Assembly (NCBI GenBank): GCA_963783375.1
Contig: CAWANH010000029.1
Coordinates: 1,600,001 to 1,664,000 of the forward strand
Source of the DNA: Candidatus Eiseniibacteriota bacterium
GTDB lineage: Bacteria > Eisenbacteria > RBG-16-71-46 > JABDJR01
Direction: 5' to 3'
DNA: 64,000 bases
The notes beneath the pieces are model-generated. The model had not been told where the DNA came from and made no database searches. It worked only from the letters and a program-made list of their open reading frames with translations. Below are positions 10,300-20,036 of the stretch, piece after piece; the stretch's first letter is position 1, and every line of letters begins with the position of its first letter. The position numbers and the translations under genes were made by a program.

Positions 10300-11454
10300 G
10301 TGAACCCTATCGCCGCCGGGGCCTCGGCCCTCCTCGACGTCTTCCCTCATATCGACCTGGAGCCGGTCCGGGGGGAGGGCCCCTATCTCTTCACCTCAGA
10401 CGGGCGCCGCTACCTCGACTTCTACGGCGGCCATGCGGTGGCGCTTTTCGGGTACGGGCATCCGGACCTTCTGGCCGCGCTCGAAACCCAGGCCCGCGAC
10501 CTGATCTTCCAGAGCAATGCCGTGCCGCTCGCCGTACGGGAACGGGCGGCGGCGGCGCTCCTCGCTTTCGGTCCCGCCGGTCTCGACCGGGTGTTCTTCG
10601 TCAACTCCGGGGCCGAGGCCAACGAGAACGCGCTCCGGATCGCCTTCCGCGCCACCGGCCGGAGCCGGGTGGCCGCGGTGGCCGGGGGCTTCCACGGGCG
10701 CACCGCGGCGGCGGGGGCGGTCACCGCCGGCCACGAGCGCTGGTTCGGGTTCCCGCGAACCCCCTTCGAGGTGGACACGGTTCCCTTCGACGACGAAGAC
10801 GCCCTCGAAACTGCCGTCACCGGAGACACCGCCGCGGTGATCCTGGAGCCGGTCCAGGGCATGGCCGGGGCACGGTCCATGTCCCCCGGGTTTCTGGCCC
10901 GGGCCCGCCAGCTCACCCACGAACGGGGCGCGGTGCTGGTCTTCGACGAGGTCCAGTGCGGAATGGGCCGGACCGGCCGGCCGTTCGCCGCCCAGGCCTT
11001 CGGGGTCGTCCCCGACGTCCTCACCACCGCCAAGGGCCTGGCCGGAGGCTTTCCGGCGGGGGCGGTCCTGGTGTCGGACGCGGTGGCCTCGGGACTCGGC
11101 CACGGCGACCTGGGAACGACCTTCGGCGGGGGGCCTTTGGCCGCCGCGCTCATCGAAACGGTGATCCGGATCCTCGAGCGCGAAGCCCTCCTCCCCCGGG
11201 TCCGACGACTCTCGGCGCGGCTCACAAGGGAATGCCTCGGGGGTCCGATCACCGCCGTTCAGGGGATGGGCTATCTCCTGGGCCTACGCACCGAGCCCCC
11301 GGCGAAGGAGATCCTCGGCGCCCTTCGGTCCCGGGGCATCCTGGCCGGGGGGAGCGCCGACCCGCACGTGGTCCGGCTCCTCCCTCCCCTCATCATCGGG
11401 GACGAGCAGGTGAACGAGTTCACCACCGCCCTCGCGGAGATCCGACATGCGTAA
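10300..11454 (+). CDS. argD: Acetyl/succinyl-ornithine aminotransferase (class III PLP)
   Basis: YLDFYGGHAV, NSGAEANE, FHGRT, EPVQG, DEVQCGMGRTG, AKGLAGG, TTFGG; GTG at 10300. Confidence 0.92.
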   Translation: MNPIAAGASALLDVFPHIDLEPVRGEGPYLFTSDGRRYLDFYGGHAVALFGYGHPDLLAALETQARDLIFQSNAVPLAVRERAAAALLAFGPAGLDRVFFVNSGAEANENALRIAFRATGRSRVAAVAGGFHGRTAAAGAVTAGHERWFGFPRTPFEVDTVPFDDEDALETAVTGDTAAVILEPVQGMAGARSMSPGFLARARQLTHERGAVLVFDEVQCGMGRTGRPFAAQAFGVVPDVLTTAKGLAGGFPAGAVLVSDAVASGLGHGDLGTTFGGGPLAAALIETVIRILEREALLPRVRRLSARLTRECLGGPITAVQGMGYLLGLRTEPPAKEILGALRSRGILAGGSADPHVVRLLPPLIIGDEQVNEFTTALAEIRHA

Positions 11455-12457
11455 GTTTCTCGATCTCTCCGATCTATCCGACGACCGACTGGAGGCGGTC
11501 CTCACCCGCGCGCGCGAGCTGGAGTCCCGTCCCAACGGGCACGCTCTTCGCGGGCAGACGGTGGGACTCCTGTTCATGAACCCGTCGCTGCGCACCCTGG
11601 CCTCGATGGAGGCGGGGGTGAGCCAGCTCGGGGGGCGAAGCTTCGTCATCACCCCCGGCCAGAGCTCCTGGCAGCTCGAGACCCGGGACGGAACGGTGAT
11701 GGACGGAGTCGCGGTCGAACACGTACGCGAGGCCATCCCGGTGCTGGCCCAGTACGCCACCGCGCTCGGGGTCCGTTGCTTCGCCAAGGGGCAGGACCTC
11801 GGCGAGGATCTGGCCGACGGGGTGATCCGGAAGATGGCCGAGCTGTCGCCGGTCCCCTTCATCAACCTGGAGTCGGCAATCTCCCACCCCTGCCAGGCCC
11901 TGGCCGACTGGAAGACCCTGGAGGATCTGAACGTGCCGCGGAGCGGCGGGAAGTTCGTGCTCTCCTGGGCCTATCACCCCAAGCCGCTCCCCTACGCGGT
12001 GCCCGCCTCCGCCCTCCAGATGGCGGCCCGCCGGGGAATGGACGTGGCGGTCCTCCGCCCGGAGGGATTCTCCCTCCCCGAGCCGATCATGACGCGGGCG
12101 CGCGTGCTCGCCGAGGCCTCGGGGGGGACGATCACCGAAACCGCGAACCGGAAGGAGGCCATGGAGGGGGCGCACGTCCTCTACGCCAAATCCTGGGCGG
12201 CGCCGGAGTTCTACGGCCGTCCCGAGGAGGAGAAGCCACTGCGGGAGGAGTACCGGGACTGGTGCGTGGGCGCGGACTGGTTCTCCGGGGCGCGACCCGA
12301 TGCACGCTTCATGCACTGCCTCCCGGTGCGACGGAACGTGAAGGTGACCGACGAGGTGCTGGACGGGCCGCGAAGCGTGGTGGTGAAGCAGGCCGGGAAC
12401 CGCCTCCACGCCCAGAAGGCGTTGTTGGTGGAGATGCTCGGCGAGGAGGCGGCGTGA
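11447..12457 (+). CDS. argF: N-acylornithine carbamoyltransferase ArgF' (AOTCase/SOTCase type)
   Basis: FMNPSLRT (not the STRT of OTCase), HPCQ, WAYHPKPLP and HCLPVRRN are ArgF' signatures. Confidence 0.93.
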   Translation: MRKFLDLSDLSDDRLEAVLTRARELESRPNGHALRGQTVGLLFMNPSLRTLASMEAGVSQLGGRSFVITPGQSSWQLETRDGTVMDGVAVEHVREAIPVLAQYATALGVRCFAKGQDLGEDLADGVIRKMAELSPVPFINLESAISHPCQALADWKTLEDLNVPRSGGKFVLSWAYHPKPLPYAVPASALQMAARRGMDVAVLRPEGFSLPEPIMTRARVLAEASGGTITETANRKEAMEGAHVLYAKSWAAPEFYGRPEEEKPLREEYRDWCVGADWFSGARPDARFMHCLPVRRNVKVTDEVLDGPRSVVVKQAGNRLHAQKALLVEMLGEEAA

Positions 12458-13413
12458 CCGGCGCCGGCGATCGCGAGTCGACCCTGGCCGCCCTCAGCCG
12501 GGCCATGCCCTACGTGCGGCTCTACAAGGGGCGGGTCTTCGTATTGAAGCTGGGGGGGGCGCTCACCGCCGAGACCCCGGTGCTCCGCCACCTGGCCGAG
12601 GAGATGGCGATCCTGGCCGAGTTCGGGATCCGGCTGGTGGTGGTCCACGGCGGCGGCCCCCAGGCCACCCGGCTCGCCGGGCGTCTGGGGGTGCCGACCC
12701 GGATGGTCGGCGGGCGCCGGGTGACCGATGCCGCCGCGCTGGAGGCGGTGGTGATGGCCCTGAACGGCACGGTGAACACCGCGGTCCTGGCCGCCTGTCG
12801 GGCCGCGTCGTTGGGCGCGGTGGGGATCTCCGGGGTGGACGGCGGGATCGTCCGGGCCCGGGTGCGGGGTCCGGTCCGGGTCGAGGGGGACGCCGAGCCG
12901 GTGGACTTCGGCGAGGTGGGCGAGGTGCTCTCGGTGGACGGCGAGGCGCTCCGGCGGCTCCTGGACGCCGGGTTCGTCCCGATTCTCAGCCCGGTGGCCG
13001 CCGACGACTCCGGCCGGGTGCTCAACATCAACGCGGACACCGTGGCCGCCGAGACCGCGGCGGCCCTGGGGGCGGAGAAGCTCATCTTCCTCACCGAGAC
13101 CCCGGGGATCCTGGAGGACAAGTCCGATTCCCGCTCGCTCATCAGCTACCTGGATCTCGATCGGCTGGCGGAGATGGAGGCGAGCGGCGCGGTGGACGGA
13201 GGCATGCTCCCCAAGGTGAACGCGACCCGCGCGGCGCTGGCCGCCGGCGTTTCCCGGGTGCACATGGTGGGGGCGCGCGAAAAAGGGAGCCTGTTGGTCG
13301 AGGTGTTCACCAACGAGGGGGCGGGGACCATGGTGGTGCGGAACCTGGCCGAGCTGGAGTCGGCGGTCCGGATGAACGGGACCGCCCCGGTGGAGCTCGG
13401 AGCCGGAGCATGA
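12454..13413 (+). CDS. argB: Acetyl(acyl)glutamate kinase, no fused NAT domain (319 aa)
   Basis: VLKLGG, VVVHGGGPQ, GRRVTD, LNINADT, GGMLPKV; GTG overlaps the argF stop. Confidence 0.95.
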   Translation: MTGAGDRESTLAALSRAMPYVRLYKGRVFVLKLGGALTAETPVLRHLAEEMAILAEFGIRLVVVHGGGPQATRLAGRLGVPTRMVGGRRVTDAAALEAVVMALNGTVNTAVLAACRAASLGAVGISGVDGGIVRARVRGPVRVEGDAEPVDFGEVGEVLSVDGEALRRLLDAGFVPILSPVAADDSGRVLNINADTVAAETAAALGAEKLIFLTETPGILEDKSDSRSLISYLDLDRLAEMEASGAVDGGMLPKVNATRAALAAGVSRVHMVGAREKGSLLVEVFTNEGAGTMVVRNLAELESAVRMNGTAPVELGAGA

Positions 13414-14504
13414 GCCACGCGGAGCTTCTGGCGCTTCATCGTTCCCTGGTGGAGATTCCCTCGGTCTCGGGCGGCGAGGGGGCGATCGCCTCGTTCCTGG
13501 CCGACGTGCTCGAAGCCCGAGGCGTCGCGGTCGAGCGGGTCGGATCGAGCCTCCTCGCGCTCCTCGGCCGGGGCCCGGTGGTGTGCCTGAACACCCACCT
13601 CGACACCGTCCCCCCGTCCGGGGCGTGGACCCGTGACCCGTATCGCGCGTCGGTGGAGGACGGGCGCGTCTACGGCCTGGGCTCGAACGACGCGAAGGCC
13701 TCGGTGGCGGCGATGGTGGCCGCGTTCCTCCGCTTCGCGGAGTACGGCGAGGACCTCGGGCTGACCCTGGCCCTCACCCTGGCCGCCGAGGAGGAGACCG
13801 CCAACCGTGGGAGCGCGGCCCTGGTGGAGGCGCTCCGGGTCCGGGGGTTCACCCCGGAGGCGGTGGTGGTGGGCGAGCCCACCGGCCTTGACGTGGCGGT
13901 GGCCCAGAAGGGGCTCCTGCTCCTGGAACTGGTGGCGCGCGGTGAAACCCACCACGCCGCCCATGCCCGGGCCCTGGGAGCGGTCAACCCGATCGCCGTC
14001 CTGGCCGCGGACCTGGTCGCCTTGGAGGGGATGGATCTGGGGGGAGACGATCCCGACCTGGGTCCGGTCACCGCGGTTCCCACCGTGCTCCGCGCCGGCG
14101 AGGCGCGGAACATGGTCCCCGCCGAGGCCTCGTGCGTGATCGATGTCCGCACCAACCCGTCGCCGGAGCCGTCCCGTATCGTCGAGAGGCTGCGGGAGGC
14201 GCTCCGCTCCGAGGTTCGCGTCCGGAGCGGCCGGCTCCGCCCGGTGGCCCTCGACCCCGGGCATCCCCTGGTCCGGGCCGCCCTGCGCGCCCGCCCGGAG
14301 GCGAGCCTCTTCGGCTCCCGGGGGCTCTCGGACCTGGTGTGCTTCCCCGGGGTGCCGGGGATCAAGGCCGGCCCGGGCCGGAGCGAGCGGTCCCATACCC
14401 CGGACGAGTTCGTCTTGGAGGAGGAGATCTTGGAGGGCGCCCGGTTCTACGAGGCGCTGGTGCGGGAGTGCCGTTCCTTCCTCGCCGAGGGGGTGCGGTC
14501 GTGA
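13410..14504 (+). CDS. argE: M20 deacylase (acyl-citrulline/ornithine deacylase)
   Basis: NTHLDTVP, GLGSNDAK, AEEE, GEPT, SHTPDE; position inside the arg operon. Confidence 0.88.
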   Translation: MSHAELLALHRSLVEIPSVSGGEGAIASFLADVLEARGVAVERVGSSLLALLGRGPVVCLNTHLDTVPPSGAWTRDPYRASVEDGRVYGLGSNDAKASVAAMVAAFLRFAEYGEDLGLTLALTLAAEEETANRGSAALVEALRVRGFTPEAVVVGEPTGLDVAVAQKGLLLLELVARGETHHAAHARALGAVNPIAVLAADLVALEGMDLGGDDPDLGPVTAVPTVLRAGEARNMVPAEASCVIDVRTNPSPEPSRIVERLREALRSEVRVRSGRLRPVALDPGHPLVRAALRARPEASLFGSRGLSDLVCFPGVPGIKAGPGRSERSHTPDEFVLEEEILEGARFYEALVRECRSFLAEGVRS

Positions 14505-15754
14505 CCGGGCCGGAGGACGGAGGCATGCCGGTGGACGCGCCCGCCGGGGCCCGGCTCTGGGACCGGGGCGAGCCCCTGGACCTTGCGGTGCTCCTCTACA
14601 CCGCCGGGGAGGATCACGCCCTCGACGACCGGCTGGTCCCCCACGATGTCCGGGCTTCGATCGCCCACGCGGCCATGCTTCGCGAGGCTGGGTACCTGAC
14701 CGCGGCGGACTTCAGCGCGATCGAGACGGGACTCACGTCGCTGGCCGACACTCATGCTCGCTGGGAGTGGCGCGTGGCCCTGGAGGAGGAGGACGTTCAC
14801 ACCGCCCTCGAGAACCGGCTGGTGGGGATGATCGGCGAGGCGGGGCGGCGCGTCCACCTGGGGCGGTCCCGGAACGACCAGGTGGTGGCCGCGGTGCGTC
14901 TCTGGCTTCGCGACGCCCTGGAATCGCTCGCCTCGGACGCCGAGGCCTCGGCCGACGCGCTCGACGCTTTGGGAGGGCGCCAGGGCGCCCTCCCCATGCC
15001 GGGCTACACCCATCTCCAGCGGGCCATGCCGTCCACCGTGGGGCTCTGGGCCGGGGCGTTTGCCGAAGAACTCCGCGACGACGCCGAGGGGCTCCGCGCC
15101 GCCCGCCGGCGCGCGAACCGGAATCCGTTGGGGTCGGCGGCGGGGTACGGGGCGCCGGCGCTCGGTCTGGATCGCGAGCGCACCACCGAGCTTCTGGAGT
15201 TCGACCGAACCCAGGAACCGGTGACCGCGGTCCAGCTCTCGCGCGGCAAGGCCGAAGCGTCGGCTCTCTTCGAGGCGTCGCTCCTGGCTCAGGACCTGGG
15301 GCGCCTCGCCGCCGATCTTTGTCTGTTCGCCACCCGGGAGTTCGGGTTCGTGGAGCTCCCAGCCGCGTTCACCACCGGGTCCTCGATGATGCCCCAGAAG
15401 CGGAACCCGGACCTCTTCGAGCTGGCGCGCGGGCGGAGCGGCGAGGCGGTCGCGGCCCTGGTCGAACTGCTGGGGATCACCGCCAAAATGCCGTCCGGCT
15501 ATCACCGCGACCTGCAGTTGCTGAAGAAGCCGCTCTTCCGGGGGTTCGATTCGGTGGAGGCCACGGCGCGATTGCTCGCCCACGCGATCGGCGGCGTGCG
15601 GTTCCGTGAGGATCGGTTGCGGGCGGCCATGGATCCGTCGCTCCGCGCCGCGGAGGAGGCCTACCGCCTGGTCCGCGAGGAGGGCATCCCCTTCCGCGAG
15701 GCCTACCGGCAGGTGGCGACGGGGTTTCGGGCCGAGGCGCCGGTCGAGGAGTAG
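14501..15754 (+). CDS. argH: Argininosuccinate lyase
   Basis: EDVH, HLGRSRNDQ, MPGYTHLQRA, GSSMMPQKRNPD signature. Confidence 0.96.
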   Translation: MTGPEDGGMPVDAPAGARLWDRGEPLDLAVLLYTAGEDHALDDRLVPHDVRASIAHAAMLREAGYLTAADFSAIETGLTSLADTHARWEWRVALEEEDVHTALENRLVGMIGEAGRRVHLGRSRNDQVVAAVRLWLRDALESLASDAEASADALDALGGRQGALPMPGYTHLQRAMPSTVGLWAGAFAEELRDDAEGLRAARRRANRNPLGSAAGYGAPALGLDRERTTELLEFDRTQEPVTAVQLSRGKAEASALFEASLLAQDLGRLAADLCLFATREFGFVELPAAFTTGSSMMPQKRNPDLFELARGRSGEAVAALVELLGITAKMPSGYHRDLQLLKKPLFRGFDSVEATARLLAHAIGGVRFREDRLRAAMDPSLRAAEEAYRLVREEGIPFREAYRQVATGFRAEAPVEE

Positions 15755-15789
15755 CGCGGCCTCGTCAGGCGGGTTCGGGGGCGGGCCGC

Positions 15790-17034
15790 TTACGGCAGCC
15801 GCACGATCCGCGCCGAGCGGCTCCCTCCCCCACCGGTCACGCGCACGAAGTAGATTCCGGCGGGGGCGGGACGGTCCTCCGCGTCGCGACCGTTCCAGGT
15901 CACGGTGATCGGGGCCTCGGGGAGCGCGGTCACCGCGCCTTCCCAGACCCGGCGGCCCTCCACGTCCACCACCCGGACCCGGGCCGCCCCTCCCGCGGGA
16001 AGGGAGAAGCTCACCGCCACCGGGCCGCGGCTGGGATTGGGAAACGGCGCGGCGAGGACGGGGCCGGGAAGGAAACCGGCCGGGACCCCGCTCACCGCGG
16101 GGGCGGTGCGCGTGGCCCACATGGTTCCGTTCATGGCCAGAAGGCTGTCGCGTCCCGAGGCCTCGGCCCAGCCGTCGTAGATGCTGCTGTTCCCGGGGGC
16201 CGCGCTCCCGTCGTCGATCGGAGAGCTGTCCCCGATGAACACGATCCGGCCGTTTCCGTAGGCGGCATGGGCGGCCATGACCCCGGCATTCCCGTGGGAG
16301 AGCCCGTTCATCCATACGTCACCGGTCACGCTCGGGTTGGTCGCGGGGTGGAGGGTCATGGTGGTGCCGTTGTGGAAGGAGAGTATGTCGGCCAGGCCGT
16401 TCACCCCGTTCACCACCGGGTTCTGGGGGTCGGTGTCCACGTTGTCGCTGTCCTGGGTGATGTTGTTGTTGGCTTCGCCGGTGCTGTCGAAGTGGGCCCC
16501 CCAGAGGTGCTGGCGGTCCAGGCGCCCCCAGATCTTCGGGGAGTCCGCCCCGTCATTGTTCCTGTCCGAGCCCGAGTGATCGCAGACCGCCACCAGTCCG
16601 CCCCCGTCCCGCACGTAATCGAAGATCGCGGTGGACTCCGCGGCGGTGAAGACGGTGTTGGGCTCGGGAACGATGAAAACGTCGTAGTTGGAGAGGTCGT
16701 AGGGATTCTGCGCGTCTCCGTAGCTGATCCCGTAGGCCGGGGTCAGGGTGGCCACCTCGTACCCCCGCTTCACCAGGTCGATGGCCCAGGAGGACACCGC
16801 GCCCAGCCAGTAGGTCCGGGGCGTGGACCAGGTCACCGTGCTCTGATCGGGGCTCGGAAGGGGCTGATCGGTGTCGATCTGCCAGTCGGCGTTCCCCGCG
16901 GTCTCGGCGTGGGTGTTGTCGAACAGGGCCCGGGGCGGGTCGGCGGACGCCGGGGCGGTCCGGCCGAGAGAGAACGCGGCGAGGGAGAGGGCGAGAATCG
17001 GGAGCAGGCGGTGCGGACGCATGGATGACCTCAT
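15790..17034 (-). CDS. Secreted protein, GATase1/DUF4350-like domain plus C-terminal FlgD-Ig/T9SS-like domain
   Basis: Signal peptide; FDNTHAETAGNADW, YVRDGGGL, GRIVFIGDSS; tail FPNP...VVDVEGRRV...WNGRD...PAGIYFVRV. Confidence 0.75.
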   Translation of the reverse strand: MRSSMRPHRLLPILALSLAAFSLGRTAPASADPPRALFDNTHAETAGNADWQIDTDQPLPSPDQSTVTWSTPRTYWLGAVSSWAIDLVKRGYEVATLTPAYGISYGDAQNPYDLSNYDVFIVPEPNTVFTAAESTAIFDYVRDGGGLVAVCDHSGSDRNNDGADSPKIWGRLDRQHLWGAHFDSTGEANNNITQDSDNVDTDPQNPVVNGVNGLADILSFHNGTTMTLHPATNPSVTGDVWMNGLSHGNAGVMAAHAAYGNGRIVFIGDSSPIDDGSAAPGNSSIYDGWAEASGRDSLLAMNGTMWATRTAPAVSGVPAGFLPGPVLAAPFPNPSRGPVAVSFSLPAGGAARVRVVDVEGRRVWEGAVTALPEAPITVTWNGRDAEDRPAPAGIYFVRVTGGGGSRSARIVRLP

Positions 17035-17228
17035 CGGGGTTGGGGGAGCAAAGCGGGGATAATTCTAGCAGACGGGAGGGCGATATCGCCCCGGGGCCGG
17101 CGGCCGCCGCGCCGCGGCCACGGGGGTGCGGGCCGGGCGGCCCGGAGATGCGCCGGGCCAGCGCCCCGCCCCGGGCGTTGGTTGACTCGGGCCGGCGGAA
17201 AAGGCGACGAGATTCCCGGAACGGGACA

Positions 17229-17654
17229 CTAGTCGCGCTTCATCTCGGTCCCGATCCCCACGCCCTTGAACCCCGCGTCACGGATGATGTCCACCAGCCG
17301 CACCACGTCCCCGTGCTCCACCTTCGCCTCCGCCTTGATGGTCACCTGGGTCGCGGGATCCTTGGCCAGAAGCGCTTCCAGGCGCCCCTTGAGGTCGGAG
17401 AGGTCCACGCTCTTCCCGTCCAGGGAGAGGGAACCGCTCTCCCGGAGGACCAGGTCCGCCTGGTGAGGCGGGGTGGCGCTCTCCGGGGTGGAGGTTGTGG
17501 AGGGTGGGAGGCGGAGCTCCAGCTCCCCGACCCGCTTGAAGGTCCCGGTCAGCATGAAGAAGATGAGGAGGAGGAACAGCACGTCGACCAGGGAGGTGAC
17601 GTTCAGGAGCACCTCCTTCCGGGCCCGGCGCTCGCGGAAGACCATCCGGCTCAC
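17229..17654 (-). CDS. exbD: ExbD/TolR biopolymer transport protein
   Basis: LNVTSLVDVLFLLLIFFM TM with conserved Asp; IKAEAKVEHGDVV. Confidence 0.9.
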   Translation of the reverse strand: MSRMVFRERRARKEVLLNVTSLVDVLFLLLIFFMLTGTFKRVGELELRLPPSTTSTPESATPPHQADLVLRESGSLSLDGKSVDLSDLKGRLEALLAKDPATQVTIKAEAKVEHGDVVRLVDIIRDAGFKGVGIGTEMKRD

Positions 17655-18274
17655 TCGGTCCCCCCTTCCAGCGGCTCCCGGCGGAGCCGGGTCACCAGGC
17701 GGCTGGCGTGGGCCTCGATGGAGGTGACCAGCCCCTCGGACTTGGCCGAAAGCAGGTTATAGGCGATGAGGGTCGGGATCCCGATTCCCAAGCCGACCGC
17801 GGTGGTGATCATGGCCTCGCTGATCCCCTCCGATAGGGCCTGCGGATTTCCAAGACCGGACACGGATATGGCGTTGAAGACCTTCATCATCCCCAGCACC
17901 GTGCCCAGGAGCCCCACCAGCGGAGCGGCCTGGGCCACGGTCTGGAGCCACACCAGGTGGCGCTCCAGCACGCTGGTCTCCTCGCGGCCCACGTCCAGGG
18001 TGGCGTCGCGCATCACCTCCCATGGCTCCTCGGCGTTCTCGAGCCCCGCCCGCATGATGTTGGCCAGCACGCCGGGGTTCTTGCGCATCACCTCGAGGGC
18101 CAGGCTCAGGTCGCGGGAGGGGCGGACCGCCTCCACCACCTCGATGATCTCGCGCGGCAGGATGCGGCCCCGGCGCAGCGCAATCATCCGCTCGATGGTG
18201 ATGGTGCAGGCCACGAGGCTCAGGAGGCCCAGCGGATAGATGAGCGGGCCGGCCTTGACGAGAAACTCGGTCAT
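17651..18274 (-). CDS. exbB: MotA/TolQ/ExbB proton channel
   Basis: APLVGLLGTVLGM and GISEAMITTAVGL motifs; overlaps exbD. Confidence 0.9.
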   Translation of the reverse strand: MTEFLVKAGPLIYPLGLLSLVACTITIERMIALRRGRILPREIIEVVEAVRPSRDLSLALEVMRKNPGVLANIMRAGLENAEEPWEVMRDATLDVGREETSVLERHLVWLQTVAQAAPLVGLLGTVLGMMKVFNAISVSGLGNPQALSEGISEAMITTAVGLGIGIPTLIAYNLLSAKSEGLVTSIEAHASRLVTRLRREPLEGGTE

Positions 18275-18358
18275 TCGGGGTCCTCCGTGCCGGCGGCGGG
18301 AAACCGCCCCGGCGAATCGGTTCGTCGCCGGGGCACGGGGCCGCTCCGGCGTATCGGT

Positions 18359-19435
18359 TCAATGGCGCCGGCGCCCCCGCCGCTCCGGGGGCGGCTCCGC
18401 CGGGCGCGGCGCGCGCACGAGCTGGGGATAGACGAGCTTGATCCGGAGTATCAGATCCTTCTCCGGAAAGTCCGGGGGCAGGGGCTCGAAGGGAGCCAGG
18501 GCCCGGAAGGTCAGCGTGCTGGTGTCGACCAGAACGCTGTCCCCCTCCACCTGAAGAACGTTCATCCGCGTGAGCGAGCCGTCCCTGGCGATCTGGAGCT
18601 CGAGCACCTGCGACCCGTGGATCATGCCGATGTAGTAGGCGTACGGAGCCGTCCACTGACGATAGAGGTCCCGGCCGAAGCGCTCCAGCCAGGGAGCGTA
18701 CGCCCAGGCCATGGTGTTGAGGCTGATCCCCCCCGCGGCCAGGGCTCCCCCGTCGGGGTTCCGCATGGCCTCCTGGAGATAGTCGAGATTGGCGATGGGA
18801 CTCAGGAGCTTCAGCCGGTCCGCGACCGCCGGGGACATCGGGGCGGGATCCGAACGCTTGCCGGCATCGGTGGGTTCGAGCGCCGCCTCGAGCGGGGTGT
18901 CCCCCCCGGGCTTTCGGATGACCGGCGAGTCCGCGGGCTCCGACCGGGAGACGGGAAGGGGTTTCGAAGCCGGGGGCCCGGCCGCGGGCGCGTCGGGGGA
19001 AGCCTTGGGATCCGGCCGATCCGCGGGAGGCGCGGCCGCCCGGCCGGCGGCCGGCTCCATCTGCAGCTGGGGAACCTCGGCGTCCCCCTTGAGGCGCGGG
19101 AGATCGCCGTCCGAGGCCCCGGCGCGGACGTCCCGCGCCCGGCTGGTCACGTTGCTGAGGAGTTCCGCATGGTCGGGAGGCTTGTCCGCCCGGTCGGGGG
19201 GAAGTTCGGTGAACTGCCGGGGCTGGTCCGGCTCGGGGGTGGGGGCGAAGACGAACTCGATCGGCTCGGGCGCCGCCGGCTCAACGACCCGGGGGGTGCC
19301 GGGCTTGGCCGCCCAGAGGCCCACCACGACCCCCGCATGGACCACGAGGGTCAGGAGGACGGCGATGAGCCAGGTTCGGGCCCCGGTCCGGTCTCCACGC
19401 TTCCGAGTCGGCAACTGCTTCGCCCTTCGCTCCAA
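18359..19435 (-). CDS. TonB/TolA-like energy transducer
   Basis: N-terminal TM with 'LVVH', long Pro-rich linker, C-terminal TonB_2-like domain (IARDGSL...APFEPLP); upstream of exbBD. Confidence 0.75.
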   Translation of the reverse strand: MERRAKQLPTRKRGDRTGARTWLIAVLLTLVVHAGVVVGLWAAKPGTPRVVEPAAPEPIEFVFAPTPEPDQPRQFTELPPDRADKPPDHAELLSNVTSRARDVRAGASDGDLPRLKGDAEVPQLQMEPAAGRAAAPPADRPDPKASPDAPAAGPPASKPLPVSRSEPADSPVIRKPGGDTPLEAALEPTDAGKRSDPAPMSPAVADRLKLLSPIANLDYLQEAMRNPDGGALAAGGISLNTMAWAYAPWLERFGRDLYRQWTAPYAYYIGMIHGSQVLELQIARDGSLTRMNVLQVEGDSVLVDTSTLTFRALAPFEPLPPDFPEKDLILRIKLVYPQLVRAPRPAEPPPERRGRRRH

Positions 19436-20036
19436 ACCCCAGGAAAATAAACGGACCGGCCGGCCATCGCCATCCGGAGCCCCCCAGGCGGCCGGCGGGG
19501 GACGGCGTCGACCCAGGGCGCCGGATCCACACCCTTTCTCCTGGGGCCGGGTTCACGCCGAACTCCGGCCCCTCGCTTGGGTCCGCAGCCGGCTGGAGGT
19601 GATACCCCGGGACCGGCCATCCCCTTCCGGACGGCGGGCCTTCGGATTCCACCCGTCCACGAGCCCGCCCCGGAGCCCTCAGCCTACCTAACTGGTTGGG
19701 AGGGTAGATAGTACCGGCTTCCCTCCCCTCTTACCCCCGGAATATGCCAGAGAGGCGGCACGAGTTGGACAAGTGCGACCGGTAGCAGGCGGCCCCGGGC
19801 CGCCGACGGGGGCCGGGGAGGACACATGATAAATTTGATCATTTGTACTCCAACGATGCATCAATTTTTGTCGTATTTCGGGTTCGGTCCTCTGGACGAT
19901 GGATTCGGCCGCGCCTATAGTCGCAGCAAGACCTTTCGTTGGTCGGCACACAGACGGCTAGCGAGCCACGCCGCAAGAGCCCGCCGCCATCCCGAGCCCC
20001 CATCGAGTGATTTGTCTCTCGGGAATCGAGGTAATC

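Noticed and set aside
9185-14504. LysW-dependent lysine/arginine pathway (lysY/J/Z/K)
   Set aside because: No lysW carrier or lysX/argX ATP-grasp ligase; ArgF' implies free N-acyl intermediates.
19436-20036. Cobalamin or other riboswitch between the tonB-like gene and the B12-radical SAM gene
   Set aside because: GC-rich stems are present but I could not find a B12-box or other conserved riboswitch motif; an Rfam/Infernal scan would settle it.
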